From the NCBI RefSeq assembly GCF_001194135.2, contig NC_068994.1:37569975-37633974 (forward strand): a stretch of DNA of 64,000 nucleotides, given 5' to 3'. Every line of letters begins with the position of its first letter. Position 1 is the first letter of the stretch. Below the pieces are notes generated by a model, which was not told where the DNA came from, made no database searches, and saw only the letters and a list, made by a program, of their open reading frames with translations. The position numbers and the translations under genes were made by a program. This DNA comes from Octopus bimaculoides (Eukaryota). This document shows positions 23,702 to 38,460 of the stretch, piece by piece.

Positions 23702-25869
23702 TATAATACAGTACAATACATATGGGACTTTAAATATTTTATATGAATGTGCTCTTTGGCATCACATTATACCACAGTTATCATCATTGTAGTTATTGTT
23801 GCTGTTTAACCCTTGGTCAGTTCTCATCGAGCTGATTTAAAAAGATAGATGTTCTGGCTAAAACCACCTTGTCTTTTATTTTACCCAATATAATGTAACT
23901 AGGACTGTATTATCTAGCATCTTCTTTCATTCTTAAGGCAATAAGGTTGGATGTGAGGGATATTGATAGCTATTTTTGGCAGGGCAAACTATCATAAAGA
24001 TGTTCCTTCTCAAAGAAGCTTGTTTTACCAAAGTGTATTTATCAGTAACACTCACTGCATACCCCTATTTCTATCCATCAGCCACTCTCCTTCTACACTC
24101 TCATAAGCTTCCACACTCTCCACACACTCATTAACAAACTTACCTACCCATGAACCCTACTCAGTCCTCTCTTATATCCCCCTTTCTGTAACGTAAAGGC
24201 ACATCCTGACACATCTTTACCACCATTTTATCTCTTTTCCAACTGAGGCAATCATCTATTTCCTCTACAGCAAGAGATCTGTTGCTGTCCTTCTACTATA
24301 TTTTAATCTCTCATCATCTGGCCTGAAGCCACTACCTGTACTAAGCCCCACCCTCATTTGAGAGGTCTTGTCATGCAAGTTACTTCATAACCTCACTGGT
24401 GCTGGTGCTGTATAAAAAAGCATCCACTGCACTCTGTAAAGTGGTTTGCACCAGAAAGGGCATCCAGCCATAGAAAGTAGACATTGGAGCTTGATGTAGT
24501 CTTCTGGCTTGTCAGCTCCTGTTAAACTTTCCAACCCATGCCAATATGGAAAACGGATGTTAATAATAATGATGATGACAATGACAACGACGATAATGAT
24601 GATGATGATGATGATGACGACAGTGATGATGATGATCACAATGACAACGACGACAGCAATGATACCAATATTAGTATCTTGTATATCTAGAATATATATA
24701 TATATGATGGCAGATGAACTTTGAGCAAGCATAATTCACATTCTGCTTCTAATTCCATCTTGTAAGTTATTTCCCTTCATTTGCATAATTAATATTCAGC
24801 AAGGAGCAGGCAGAAAGTACAATTGTTACAACTTCACTTTTCTTCTTCACTGAATTTTTGTCAATAAGGTTACTCTTGCCACACTGGATATCGATGATCA
24901 CAAATAATCATACATTTGACCTTTTACTATTAAGTTTACTTGGGTGAGAAATAAATAGTATTTCATCTGTAAATTCTTCATTACCAAGGTATGTTGTATA
25001 TCTAATCACTTCATACCCAAAGTATTGCATTTGTAATTACTCTCTATGTTGGCATCGGTGCCAGTAATCATTTTATACTATGGTAATCCATAATCTTTGT
25101 GTGAAATCAAACAGTATATTGTGTTTGTTAATTCTCTCCTGCAACCAGTTTCATAATGATCTTCCCCCTGTCTCACTAATTATTGGTTCAATTACCTTCA
25201 GATTTTCTGTTGTTTCCTCTTTCAAGTACATTGGTTTTGACTTTAATAATGACATTAATACATCAATCATTAGGGATTACTCCATCTCACACAATCTAGT
25301 TAGTTAGGTATGTGGCTAATTATCTTTCCCCCTCTCTTTCTCTCACTTTTCCATCTCGCCCCCGTCACCATCATACCATCTAACCCAGATGTCTTCGCTT
25401 GTAGTGTGACATTATCAGAACACTGAATTCACTCATTCCCCTATCACATCTCTACATGACACTTTCACCTGGATTACCAGCTCATCAACTGTCTCATTTA
25501 CAGATAAACCTTCCCTGCTTGTTCTGACACTGAAACTTCTTACTAATGAGTTGGCCACATTAACAATTCCAAGGCATCGTTTTCCTCAATATCACTAATT
25601 GTCAATGGCTAGAACAATTCTATTACTCTTACCTCTCTTAATTTCCTTTCCTAGTCATAAATATTTCCTGTCTTTCATAATTAACTTTATACATTATCAA
25701 ATTTCAGCAGATTTCCCCCTTCTTCTTTCAATATATTTCAATTAAAACTCATACGTAACTTTTGCATATATTTATTTATTTACTTAGTTATTTATTTATT
25801 TATGTATTTATTTATTTATTTATTTATCAATCTATTTATTTTGCTTGCAGATTGGTGAGGAGGAAGAAA

Positions 25870-26220
25870 TAATGGCTGTACTGTGTTAGTGGACCTGTAA
25901 AACCGGTGAGCTTGATATAAGTGATGTTCCTCTTGAACTGAACTGATGCTCAACAAAACATGGGCAGGAAGAGAATACCAGGGTGTTAATGTACTGTGAA
26001 GGAACGATTAAGTTAGGAAATAGTGCAGTGCCATACAATATGCATGACAGCAAGAAAAGGAGTGGGAAGGGGAATCAGGAGTGCTTGAGTGGAAGTGACA
26101 CAACACCAGCTATCTCCAAGGAGGAGAGGCTAGCACTGTAGTAGCAATAGAAGAGGCAGAGTCTGGAGAAAGGACATCTCTGAGTCAGAAGTTGGAATAT
26201 GTTTGCAAATGACTTCATGC
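25870..26220 (-). mobile_element. CR1-like LINE 3' remnant
   Basis: Minus frame LFYCYYSASLSSLEIAGVVSLPLKH resembles the CR1-type LFYRYY.G..S.EL motif; ends near the (TTTA)n tract. Confidence 0.5.
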
Positions 26221-27555
26221 CAGTCAGAAAGGTGACTTTTTCTTTTTTTATTATTATACTCCTTATTTTTCATTTTTTACTTTTTTCAGTCATTGGGATA
26301 TGGCCATACTGGGGTACTGCCTTGAAGAGTTTTGTAGAACAGTGTTAATTTTTATTCGTTTAAGTTTGATATTTTATCTGTCTTTTATGGCTGGGCTGCT
26401 AAGATACAGCGGCAGGAATGCAAACTAACCAACATTAGTTGTCAACTGGTGATGAGAAGTAAACAAAAACACAAAGACACTCATACATGTATACATATGT
26501 GCATGCATACATACATATATACATGCATACATATATATACACACACATACACACATGCATACACACACATATGCATACATACACACTCACATGCACACAC
26601 ACACACACACACACATTCACACATGTATACGACAGGCTTGTATGCAGTTTCCATCTACCAAACACATTCACAAGACACTGGTCTGTCTGGAGTTAGAGTA
26701 GAAGAAACTTGCTCAAGGTACCACATTGTGGGACTGAACCTGAAATTAAGTGATTGGAAAGCAAGCTTCTTAATCAAGTAGCCATTGGCTAAAAATAAAA
26801 GAAACAATCAACGATAAATTTGGTCTGAATTTGACAAATTAGCCGAGTCATTAACGCATTGGATAGAATGTCTTGGGCTATTTGCTCTGATTCTCTGCAC
26901 TCTGAGTTCAAATTCCACCTATGTTAACATTACATTTCATCATTTCAGTGTCAGTAAAAATACTACCGATTCAGGATAGTGAAATGATGGAACTGTTAAA
27001 GCCTTCTGTGCTTTGACAGCAATGCTGCAATGACCCTGGTTTCAAGTTGTACCAGCTGAAATCAGTAGTGTTTCCTTTGAATATAAATGATTAGTGTGGA
27101 GAGAGAAGATTTGCATGCATGGAGAATTACCAGACTTCTTGAAAAAAATCTGATTCAAGCCAATGTGTACATGTCCAAATGATGTGTCCTCCTAGTCTGA
27201 CAGAAAACCTTCTGACATAGATGAGTTTTAAACTTATTGCAAAATTTTAATAATTTCATTCAACATAACTAACGTCTAGTTTGCTTTCAGAATGAAATAT
27301 CAGTTTGACACATACTTATAAATATTTTTGTTATTGTAGTTGTTGTAAAGGTCTTGTGCCTTTAGTAGAAAGGATTATTATTGCTGCTGTTGTTGTTTGA
27401 CCCTAGGTGAGCCTGGTTTGAGTAAAACTATGATCAAAGGTGTTCCAGACATGATCAACCTATCTTTTTGGTGGTAGTGAGACTAAATAATGTATTGTCT
27501 TCTTTTTCATTATTTTAGACAGCAAGGTGTGATTTATTGAGATTTGTTTGATATA

Positions 27556-27692
27556 GGTGCAAGCATGGCTGTGTGGTTAAGAAGTTCAATTTGCATTCGC
27601 TGGGCTTTGGTTCAATTCCACTGTGCAGCACCTTGGGTGTGTACCTACACTAGAGGCAAGCCAATGCCTTCTGATTGAAATGTATAATATGA

Positions 27693-27737
<45 letters not shown>

Positions 27738-28110
27738 CCGTGTGTGCTTTTGTGGTTGTCTTTTTCTGCTTGAGGAATAGTGTTACTTTGTTTATATCTC
27801 TGAAACTACATTTCAGCAGAACAAAAAAAAAAAAAAAAAAAAAAAAAAACAAAAAACCCAGAGATAAGCACGGGTGTGGTTGACTGATAAGAAGTTTCTG
27901 TGCATGTGCATGCTTGAGTCTCTGTTTGTTCCTCACCACTGCTTGATAAATGATGTAAGTGCATTTACATCCCTATAACTTAGCGGTTCAGCAAAAGAAA
28001 CCGATAGAATAAGTACCAAGCATAAAAAAAAAAAGTACTGGAGTTGATTTCACTGACTAAACCCTTTGAAGTAGTGCCCCAGCAACGAAAGAAATCTGGA
28101 AAAGGGTAAA
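27556..28110 (+). mobile_element. Older SINE family A with internal expansions
   Basis: Head, (TG)n, poly-A insert and 3' module are recognisable. Confidence 0.7.
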
Positions 28111-29343
28111 AGTAATATTTCTAATGGAGTGAACAATGACCCCTATAGATGGCCCTTTTGTTTACTCCCTACATTATATCAGATAAAACTACTACATTAG
28201 TAACTTATTAGTTCAAGGTAGAAGAATTTCACTCAAGTAGGTTGTAACCTACTTTACATCATCAAGCTGCTTCTTCACAGATTATGAAATAGATTTTCTG
28301 CAAATACAGAAGAGAAAAAAACCCCCAAAAACACCAATGGCAAAATGCCTCTCAACTCCAAGCCATTTGTAGTTTTTACTTTGACTCTCTCTATATATAT
28401 TTAAGTACTGTGTATCAATAAACTATAGTTTCCCCTTTCATAATACTAAAACATCATTGTCATATTCCAATCAATGTTAACTGTTTTTGAAGTAGCAATC
28501 GAAGACTATAAATTTGCTTTTATCTGTTTGCTAAAATTTTGATATTATGTATGGTAAACATTATAATGAACTTTCTGTGTATCTATTAGTGATCACCACC
28601 ACCACCACTATCATCATTGTTTAATGTCTACTTTCCCATGCTGGCATCGATCAGGTGGAATTTCTTGAGACAGATTTTTTACAGCCGGATGCCCTACCTG
28701 TGGCTAACCTTTACCTGTTTTCAAGCAAAGTAACATTTCCCCATGGCCATACATGTTTCACATGAAAGATTGTAAATGAACATCACTTCTACGATGGAGA
28801 TGCTCATGGTGGTGGTGGTGGTGGTGGTGGTGGTGGTGGTGGTGTTGGTGTCAGTGATGGTGGTGGTATTGTTGGTTGTGGTAGTGGTTGTTATAACCTA
28901 TGCTATGGATAAAATTTACCACCCCAACAGAAGCACCTGTAGGGCTGAAGAGGTTGTTTGATCCAAGCTATGCTTTTGTCGGGGCAGCACTTTGGGGTTT
29001 ACTGTATAAACCCATACCAAGGGGACACACTGCAAAGTCAAGAGCTGTGCCTGGGTGGCACATTTGAGTTATGTCACTGACTTCAGGTATGGCATTTCTG
29101 ATGGGAATCCACACAGATTCTGTCTACCAAACTTCATTGGAAATGATTTGGTTTACCTAAGGGTTATGACAGAAAGCACTTGCCTAAGGTGCTACAAAGC
29201 AGCATCAAATCTGAAATCAAATAGGTAGGTGACAAATAAAAATTTCCTAACCAAAACAGCCATGTAAACACTTAAGGAGAAATATGATTCATATCAGCAA
29301 GTATTTACTTTAACGACCATAAAACTGTAACTAATGCCAATAT

Positions 29344-29401
<58 letters not shown>

Positions 29402-30840
29402 NNNNNNNNNNNNNNNNNNNNNNNNNNNNNNNNNNNNNNNNNNNNNNNNNNNNNNNNNNNNNNNNNNNNNNNNNNNNNNNNNNNNNNNNNNNNNNNNNNN
29501 NNNNNNNNNNNNNNNNNNNNNNNNNNNNNNNNNNNNNNNNNNNNNNNNNATACATGTACATTTTCTTATTCATTTATTTATTTAAGATTTAGATAGTGAT
29601 TTACCATACCCAGCCTCTACCTGTCTCATTCTCTGATTTATTAGATCTCATATCTACAGACAAAGACTGATATAGTATCAATAAATAAGATTGTTTTTGT
29701 TTTTCAAATGTCAGACAAGGTATTTCTTGATGGAGAAAATGATGTGAGAATATGACATTAATAGTGATATCAATGATGATGATGATAGTGATGGTAGTGG
29801 TGATGATGATGGTGGTGGCAGTGGTGGAGATGGCGGTGGTAGTGGTAACAATAAACAATACTGTTGACAACGCCCTGGTGGTGTTGATGCCTTCTGCACA
29901 GTTTTTGTCAATACTAAAGTTTATCTCCCAAAGTGTTTGCTGACCCAAGTCTATGGAAGAAATCTCTTACCAAAAATACTGCATAGTGGGATAGAACCCA
30001 GAATGACCAGATCATTGAAGAGTGAGCTTTTTCACCACTGAGCCCATTCCTATATTTATGGGCCTATGGGGAGTACGGAGAAATAACATTAGAAAAAAAA
30101 AAGATTTAATGACAAGAATGGTAATAATGATGACAATGGTGCCAGTACTGACAATGGTGCCGGTACTGCTACCACTGCCACCACTGCCACCAATGCCACC
30201 ACTGCCACCACTGCCACCACTGCCGCCACTGCCATCTCCAATGAAGATCGTGGGAAGGTGAAGGATGGGGGAAGAGGAGGAGTGGTAGGACAATATTCAT
30301 GGATATTTGTGTTATGTGATGGAGACCATTGGTAGTTCTGTTCTTTGAGGCATTGGGAATGTATAGTAAAACTGATCCTAACTGACATTGTATTTTTCTC
30401 CATCTCTCTCTCCCTCTCTCTTTCTCTTTCTTTCTCTTTGTCTCTCTCTGTGTCTATCTATCTATCTGTCTGTCTCTGTCTATCTATCTGTCTGTCTCTG
30501 TCTATCTATCTGTCTGTCTCTGTCTCTCTCTCTCAATTTCTCTATCTCTCTCTCTCAGGATTAACATTTAGAATTCATTGAGGAACAGCTTAACCAGGAT
30601 CTTTTATGGTTTAGTCATGTGTATAAGCTGAATAGGATGCCATTCTTAGGCATATATTCCCCTTCCTACATACAATGTCTGTTCCTGAGATGATAGGGAA
30701 TATTATTTTTATGCTGGAAGGCCCTGTTGAAGTTAACTGACATCTGACACAGCCACATTCAAGTTAAATGCCTCCTGACAACTGCCTTAAAAAAAATAGT
30801 TATATTACTAAATCTATTATTTCATATGATATAATTATAA

Positions 30841-31185
30841 GCACAGGCATGGCTTTGGGATTAAGAAGCTCACTTTGCAGCCATGTGGTTTTGGGTTCAG
30901 TCTCATTGCTCAGTACCTTGCCTTGTGAGTAAATCTGATAGAAGGAAACTCTGTCAAAGCCCATTATATGTGTGTGCTTTTGTGCTTGGGTTCGTTCCCC
31001 GTCACTGCTTGACAACAGGTGATGATTTGTTTACATTTCCATTACTTAACGGTTTGGCAAATGAAGCCAACAGAACAAGTGTGAACCTTAAAAATTAGTA
31101 CTTGGGCTGATAAGTATGGCTAAGCCTTTGAAGACAGTGCTCCAGCATGGTCACAGTCCAATAACTGAAATAAGTAAAACTAAGA
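30841..31185 (+). mobile_element. SINE family A (diverged)
   Basis: Head and 3' module match family A. Confidence 0.75.
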
Positions 31186-31324
31186 AAATGTGAAAACAGG
31201 GCACATTTCCAGAATAAGCACATATAGAATCAAGGATGAAATTTTGGGACATTTTTTGGAAAAAAGTATTTGTTAAAGGCAATCGAATATGGTGCTTCTT
31301 TTTTATTTTACTCCTAGTGCAAAG

Positions 31325-31640
31325 AGGGTAAAGACCCTCACTCTCACGTTGGTCATGAATGACCATGGAATTGCACCTAGAAAGTTCCACTCTGAGGCAC
31401 AAGTCTGAGCAAAGTTGTGTATAGAAGATCAGCAGTCGCCCATCCATAACAACCTCCCCTCTCCATGTCACTGCCAATGTTATCCAAAGGAAAGGCAAAG
31501 GCTTGGCACCAGTGACCTCACAACTCATTTCTACAGATGATTGAACAGGAACAACATGAAATAAAGCGTCTTGCTCACGAACACAACACACAGCCCTGTC
31601 TGGGAATTGAACTCACTACCTCATGATTGTGAACCCAATA
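31325..31640 (-). mobile_element. SINE family D (tRNA head); partial second copy at 37860-38010
   Basis: Reverse complement: ctcagtggttaagg…gagttcaattcccag…gtgttcgtgagcaagacgcttt. Confidence 0.75.
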
Positions 31641-32887
31641 CCTTAACCACTGAGCTATGTGTAAAGTAATAACATTTTTGGAAAACTGGCAGAATCATTA
31701 GCATGCTGGGCAAAATTCTTAGCAGAATATCATCTGTCTTTATGTTCTGAGTTCAAATTCTGCAAGGTTGACTTTGCCTATCATCCTTATGGAGTTGATA
31801 AAATAAGTACCAGTTGTGCACTGGGCTTGATGAAAATTGCTGGCCATGTGTCAAAATTTAAAACCAGTATTTTCCTTCAGAGATATTTTACTTTCCATTT
31901 CTTAATTGTTAAGTCACCACCACTGCTGCTAGTACCGAAATCAGAAGTAGCTTTCCAAAATATCCAGTATTTTAGTTTTAAGTTAATTACTTACAGGAAC
32001 TTGAGAATTATTTTGTATGTAAACTTGAATAAATTTTAGAAAAGAAATTAAAAAAATTGTAACATAAGGAAAAGATACACATTAAGATTTAAATAAGAAG
32101 ACATTTTTAAGAATCTTCTGGCTATATGTTTTTTGTTAACATAGAAAAGGGAAGAAAAAAAAACATGGATAAATCAAGAATATTATCAATGTTTGTTGAA
32201 TATTTATATAAGTATATGTATGTGTGTGTATGTACAAGATTTTATGACATAAACGATGTAAAGGCATGTTAGACACACCCCAATTTCAGCGGTGAATGTT
32301 CAGGAATTAGAGGAATTAGTTTTTAGTGCATTAAAGCATGTAATATAGGCCTAACTTCACATGTAGGACCGGGGGTGATCTTTTGAGACATTTTTCCTAG
32401 GAAGAGTGCATCTTACAATGCACTTTTCATATATGCTATCAGTGAGCAGCAAGAGAAATAAAAATGATATAGTTGGTGGGGGTGAGGATAAGTACAAGAG
32501 AGATATGATATGGCTGCATGGTCTGTGGAACCAGTGGGGAGGAGAAGAGGCTAGCGTATACATTAAAATTTATTATTTACATTATTTACATTTAATGGAT
32601 ATTAAAATTCATTCTAGAATAATCCAAGGAAATATTATTTTTCACCAGCTATATGAATCTTACAACTCTTGATTTGTAACTAGTTTGATAAATGCCAACA
32701 TATAAATCTTCCAGCCTTTGAGTCATCCTCTTGCTTCTGCTAAATACTGATTTCAAATTTTAGTACATCGACTCCTACTGATCAACTGGTACTTATTTTA
32801 TTGACCCCAAAAGAATGAAAAGTTGACCTCACAATATTTTGTGTTCTATTTTGCTGTTTACATCACCATACATGTGTGTGTGCGTGC

Positions 32888-32928
<41 letters not shown>

Positions 32929-33167
32929 CAGGGGTGACCAAAAGTCACCTGACAGTAAATCAAGACTATTCAATTCCAAGATTAAAACAAAAACTTATTT
33001 TATATGAGACTTCGCTAATAAATAGACAAATGCTGACAAAAGAACGGTGATATTAACTCACAACATTCAATTATTAAACATTCATAATTGGAATGAATAA
33101 ATAAAATTGAATATTAAGTATTTATGGAATTTTTGATTAACTGTCAGGGGACTTTTGACCAGACTTG
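32929..33167. mobile_element. Tc1/mariner-type MITE, 239 bp
   Basis: TA|caggggtgaccaaaagtcacctgacagt … actgtcaggggacttttgaccagacttg|TA. Confidence 0.72.
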
Positions 33168-33566
33168 TATATATCTATTATTTACATATATTTCATGTAA
33201 GCATAGTAGACAGAAACTGTGTGGAGGCCTAGTTATACATGTATGTGTGTGTCTTTGTTCACTCACACTGCTTGACAATATATATATTTCATGCAAGCAT
33301 AGATAGGTCAAGGCATGGCTGTGCAGTTATGAAGTTCACATTGAAACCACATGGTTGGAAATTTAGTTTGCTCTGTGGATGTTGTTGGCTGGTGTCTTCT
33401 GCTATAGCCATGGATTAACTAATACTTTGAAAGCTGTAAGTGAAAGAGGTAGATAAAATCTAAAAGAACTCCATTATGTGTGTAAGTATGTATGCATGTA
33501 TATATGTATATATGTATGCATCTATGTATTTATGCATGTATGCATGTATGTGTGTTTGCATATATA

Positions 33567-33968
33567 CTCTTTTACGCTTTTACTTGTTTCAGTCATTTGA
33601 CTGCGGCCATGCTGGAGCATTGCCTTTCGTTGAGCAAATCGACCCCAGGACTTATTCTTTGTAAGCCTAGTACTTATGCTATCGGTCTCTTTTGCCAAAC
33701 CGCTAAGTTACGAGGACGTAAACACACCAGCATCGGTTGTCAAGTGATGTTGGGTGGACAAACACAGACACACAAACACACATATATATATACATATACA
33801 TATATACGATGGGCTTCTTTCAGTTTCCATCTACCAAATCCACTCACAAGGCTTTGGTTGGCCCGAGGCTATAGTAGAAGACATTCGCCCAAGATGTCAT
33901 GCAGTGGGACTGAACCCGGAACCATGTGGTTCGTAAGCAAACTACTTACCACACAGCCACTCCTGTGC
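33567..33968 (-). mobile_element. SINE family A, young
   Basis: Reverse complement of the family A sequence; CpG-rich. Confidence 0.9.
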
Positions 33969-33996
33969 TTATATGCACATAATTATATATGTATGT

Positions 33997-34260
33997 ATGA
34001 GGGTTCATGGCCTTGTGGTTACAGAATTGCACTAATAATTGTGAGATTGTGGGTTCAATTCCAGGACTTGGTGGTGCATTATGTTCTTGAGTAAAACACT
34101 TCATTTCATGTTGTTCTGCGACCGCTTCAACATTTGTCGTATGGCACTCCATGCATCTGTTCAGGCAATGTCAATTTGACGGAGGGAGTAATCTCATGTA
34201 CAGCACATGCATTTGATCACTAAAAACAAATCATTTGTGCAGGTCATTCAGCAAGAAATA
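33997..34260 (+). mobile_element. tRNA-headed SINE family E, head-to-head with the SINE-A
   Basis: catggccttgtggtt…ggttcaattcc…ttatgttcttgagtaaaacac. Confidence 0.65.
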
Positions 34261-34653
34261 GTAGAACCATCTTTCTTGACAACGAGAGACTACAACCATG
34301 TGTGTGTGTGCATGTGTGTGTGTGTGTGTGTGTATGTGTGTGTGTGTGTGTGCATGCATGTATGTATGCATGTATGTATGTATATATGCATGTATGTATG
34401 TATGTGTGCATGCATTATGTATGTATACAGCATGTATGTATGTATGCATTCATGCATACATGCATGCATGTATGTGTGTACATATGTATGTATGTGTGTA
34501 TGTATGTGTGTATGTATGTGTGTACGTATGTATGATGTGTGTGTGTATGTATGTATGTATGTGTATATTTATGTAGGTATCTATATATATATATTTACGT
34601 GTATGTATGTNNNNNNNNNNNNNNNNNNNNNNNNNNNNNNNNNNNNNNNNNNN

Positions 34654-34723
<70 letters not shown>

Positions 34724-35521
34724 TATGTTCGTATGTATGTTTCTATGTATGTGTGATTGTATGCATGACTGAGTGCACATTCCTTCTCATCTTGACATGT
34801 GGATGCTGATTGCAAAGAAAAGCTTCACCGTTCATAGCAACAGTGTTTTGTTCACTTGCAGTCCTCCTTGAAAGCATGTCAGGGCTGTTCATTGTTTGAT
34901 AAACTGCAGGTTTATTACCTTGCTTGAAAGCAAGCAAGGGCTAGCATCAGTAAGAGCATTCAAGCATAGAAAACTCTACCTCAACAAAGCGTCATTTTAT
35001 CCATGCAAGCATGGAAATGTAGATGTTATGATGATGATAGAAATGACGACGATAATGACGATGACAATGATGATGACGACGATGATGATGATGATGATGA
35101 TGATGATAATGGTATATGTTTGCACCTATTCATGTCCATATAGTATAATGGTAGATGGAATTTCCCGCATCATTAATCCAAATTTCTTATTTCTGATCTT
35201 CAAACAATTATAGAAAGAATGGAACTTAAGACAGTTTCTAATGGACATATAGAAAAGATGTTTGAATATCACAAAAATGTATTATGTGAATGAATGAAAT
35301 TAAACAAAAGAATTTAGATTTCTAATCCTAAATCCATGTTTATTACCCCCCAAAAAATCAAATCTGATTTCAGAATCAAATGGTTCATTTTCAGACATAT
35401 TTTACCATAGAAGCACAAGTGCTTCCACTCAAATCTGCATTGTAAATTGTATTTAAGTTAGAAATTATACACCTTATGATGACTTGTGTGGCTTAAATGA
35501 AAGGACCAAGATGTTGGGACC

Positions 35522-35921
35522 TTCTTCTTTTTTACTTGTTTCAGTCATTTGACTGTGACCATGCAGGAGCACCGCCTTTAGTCGAGCAAATCGACCCCAG
35601 AACTTATTCTGTGTAAGCCTAGTACTTATTCTATTGGTCTCTTTTGCTGAACCGTTAAGTTACAGGGACGTAAACACACTAGCATCGGTTGTCAAGTGAT
35701 GTTAGCGGGGACAAACATGGACACACAAACACAAACGATATATATATATATACATATACGACAGGCTTCTTCCAGTTTCAATCTACCAAATCCACTCTCA
35801 AGACTTTGGTTGGCCCGAGGCTATCATAGAAGACATTTGCCCAAGATGCCACGCAGTGGAACTGAACCCATGACCATGTGGTTGGTAAGCAAGCTACTTA
35901 CCACACAGCAACTCGTGCACC
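35522..35921 (-). mobile_element. SINE family A
   Basis: Reverse complement of the family A sequence. Confidence 0.88.
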
Positions 35922-35949
35922 TTATAAGTATAATTCAAATTTTTCTGAA

Positions 35950-36220
35950 TAGCAGCAGCAGAATCAAAGATTTTAGCTTAGTACTCAAAAGGGAAGAGAA
36001 CAACATTCTACAGCCCAGTAGTAAACTCTTCAAGAAGTACTCACTTCCTGATGAACTTGCAAGTGATGAAAGAATTGCTGAACTAGGTAACCTAAGTACC
36101 CAACAAAAACTTAGTAGGGAGAGGCTCTGCGCGCCAAAGAAGGTTATGCATGGGTATGTCTCCAGTAAACTTGAGGATGATACTAACATTATTATGAAAT
36201 GTGACCTCTCGGAATCATGG
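35950..36220 (+). mobile_element. Possible R4/Dong-type (RLE) non-LTR retrotransposon fragment
   Basis: Open frame ending KKVMHGYVSSKLEDDTNIIMKCDLSESW, resembling the post-RT HG.Y…S..W segment of R4/Dong proteins; the similarity is recalled, not computed. Confidence 0.35.
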
Positions 36221-36675
36221 GTGTTTGTAACAGTATATCTTATTTCTAGACTACAGCTTTTTTACTAAGTTTATATTTACAAACATATACCTGAAATTAT
36301 TGCGTTACTTTACTGTGATAGTAATTATATAAAACCTCAAAAAGCTAGAATTTTCAGATATAGAAAGTGGCCAGCTAGTATGTACTTTGAAATTACAATC
36401 TGAAGTAGAATAATAAGGATATGCAAGACTTTTTTAAAGTTCAACACATATTAAATTCTACTAATGACTCTTTTTTCCTTTTTGTCAGAAGATAGCTCTT
36501 GTCTTATAGCAAGAATTCAAATAATTAAAACAGAAAGTTAACGTACATGCATAAATACATAATTAATTAAATAAATAAATTGACACACAGACACACTCAC
36601 CAAACACCCATCTACACACAAACACACATAAAATTAAACACCCTTGTATTCCTCTTGTTATTTAATCTGTGTGTA

Positions 36676-36734
<59 letters not shown>

Positions 36735-37305
36735 ATATCTTGCTGAATATTTTTACCTTAAATTGGAGATTGGAGATTCCTATGGCAATTCATCAAACAA
36801 GTATTTGTTTATATATTTATTATTTTTTTTTCTTTTATTGTCAATATTTTGTTAGTTCAGACATCCACATTGACTTTATAAATAACAAATTATTCTAGCT
36901 GTTGCAGTTAATGCTCAAATTAAGATTTCAGACATGAAATTAAGATTTAAAGTTTAATCTAAATGAAGATTTTTCAGAGATTTACGTTGTATAAAGTTTG
37001 TGTATAGAATGAGAATTTAAAGAGAAAGCACATTTCTTTTGCAATGCACGTTCACTTTTATTTATAATACAACTAGAATTGGCTTCATGCTATCATACTT
37101 TTATACTCTTGTGCACTGAAAAAAGAAAATAATAATATTAAATTAAAGTAAACATTGAATATTGTAGGTGCAGAGCATAGCAGAGTGGTTAAGATGTTCA
37201 CTTAATGACCACTGTCTAGAAGCTAGCTCATGTCTCCTGCTGTAGAACTGTGTTGAGTAATGTGTATGTTTGTGTGTGTGCATGTACATGTGTGTGTGCA
37301 TGTGC

Positions 37306-37375
<70 letters not shown>

Positions 37376-37594
37376 ACACACATACATATATATACATGTA
37401 TACACACACACACACACACACACCCACACTCACACATATATATACACTTTTTTATTCATTTTAGCAATGTGGTTGTGATCATGCTGGAGCACCACTGTGA
37501 TTTTTCACTTTTACATATGATTCTTCTTAGGTTGATTTCTTCAGGGTGATGGGATTTCATATCACCTCTTCCCTATGTGCTTTTGCCCTGGTTG

Positions 37595-37860
37595 TTGGCC
37601 CATTTTGAGTATAAGAAGTTTGACATCACAGCTCTTATCTGTACTTCATGCCACACTGTTGGCTCATCCGGTATTGTGGAGAGGAGAATGTCTAGTTTCT
37701 TTTAGAAAACATCTACGTTCATATTGTGAGTTTCTTAATTTTTGTGGCAGGGCACTGAAGGGCTGTGGGCCTTTGAACCCTTAGCTGTTGCAGTACCTAG
37801 TCCTGAAATTAGATGGAGCGGATGGTACCTTCGGTACAATACATATGTAGTGAAGACCAG
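37595..37860 (-). mobile_element. CR1/L2-group LINE 3' remnant (same family as 10555-11070)
   Basis: CIVPKVPSAPSNFRTRYCNS*GFKGPQPFSALPQKLR…KKLDILLSTIPDEPT. Confidence 0.75.
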
Positions 37861-38259
37861 AAGTTACCCCTGCATACCAGCTTCCCCTTGCCATGCCACT
37901 GAAGTTATCCAAAGGAAAAGCAAAGGCTGATACAGCTTGGCACCAGTGATGCTGCAACTAATTTCTACAGATGAGTGAAGTGGAGCAACATGAAATAAAG
38001 TAGCTTGCCCAAAAACACATGCACATGTGCACACACATACACACACACACATGCACACATACACACACATGCACACATACACACACACGTGCGCAAACAC
38101 ACACAGTGGTACTAGAACTCAATTTTGTCAAGTCGGGCAGGTCTTCTTGAGTACTATATATTGTGAGTTATCCCGAACCCTTGTCACCTTCTCAATGAAG
38201 TTCAAAGTCATGAGATCAGCATTCTCTACATCACCTCATATCTTCTTTCAGAGAGAGAA

Positions 38260-38306
<47 letters not shown>

Positions 38307-38364
38307 GGGAGAGAGAGAGAGGCAGCTTTTAAGCTAGTATATAGCTTTAAAGCAACTGACCCTG

Positions 38365-38460
38365 AATGGGAAGATCTGCAAACAGATCTCTGACTTGCTT
38401 TGGAGAATTTGTTGCAATTGCTTTCTCTAGAGTCATATCCCAATGATGATCATATTTGTT
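38365..38460 (-). mobile_element. Helitron Rep-Helicase fragment
   Basis: DHHWDMTLEKAIATNSPKQVRDLFA matches the Helitron DD.HW..TL.EA….P.QLR.LFA segment between Rep and helicase. Confidence 0.6.

Noticed and set aside
30131-30240. Gly/Ser- or Pro-rich repeat ORFs; poly-Met/Val/His ORFs at 1444, 24509, 28776, 29752, 42629 and 44253
   Set aside because: 9-bp, 18-bp and trinucleotide simple repeats with no splice or domain support.
32402-32427. 10-bp hairpin aagagtgcat-cttaca-atgcactttt
   Set aside because: Isolated short palindrome, expected by chance in 64 kb.
33492-34094. 200-aa ORF (also 35696-36268)
   Set aside because: Mostly an antisense read through a young SINE-A plus microsatellite.
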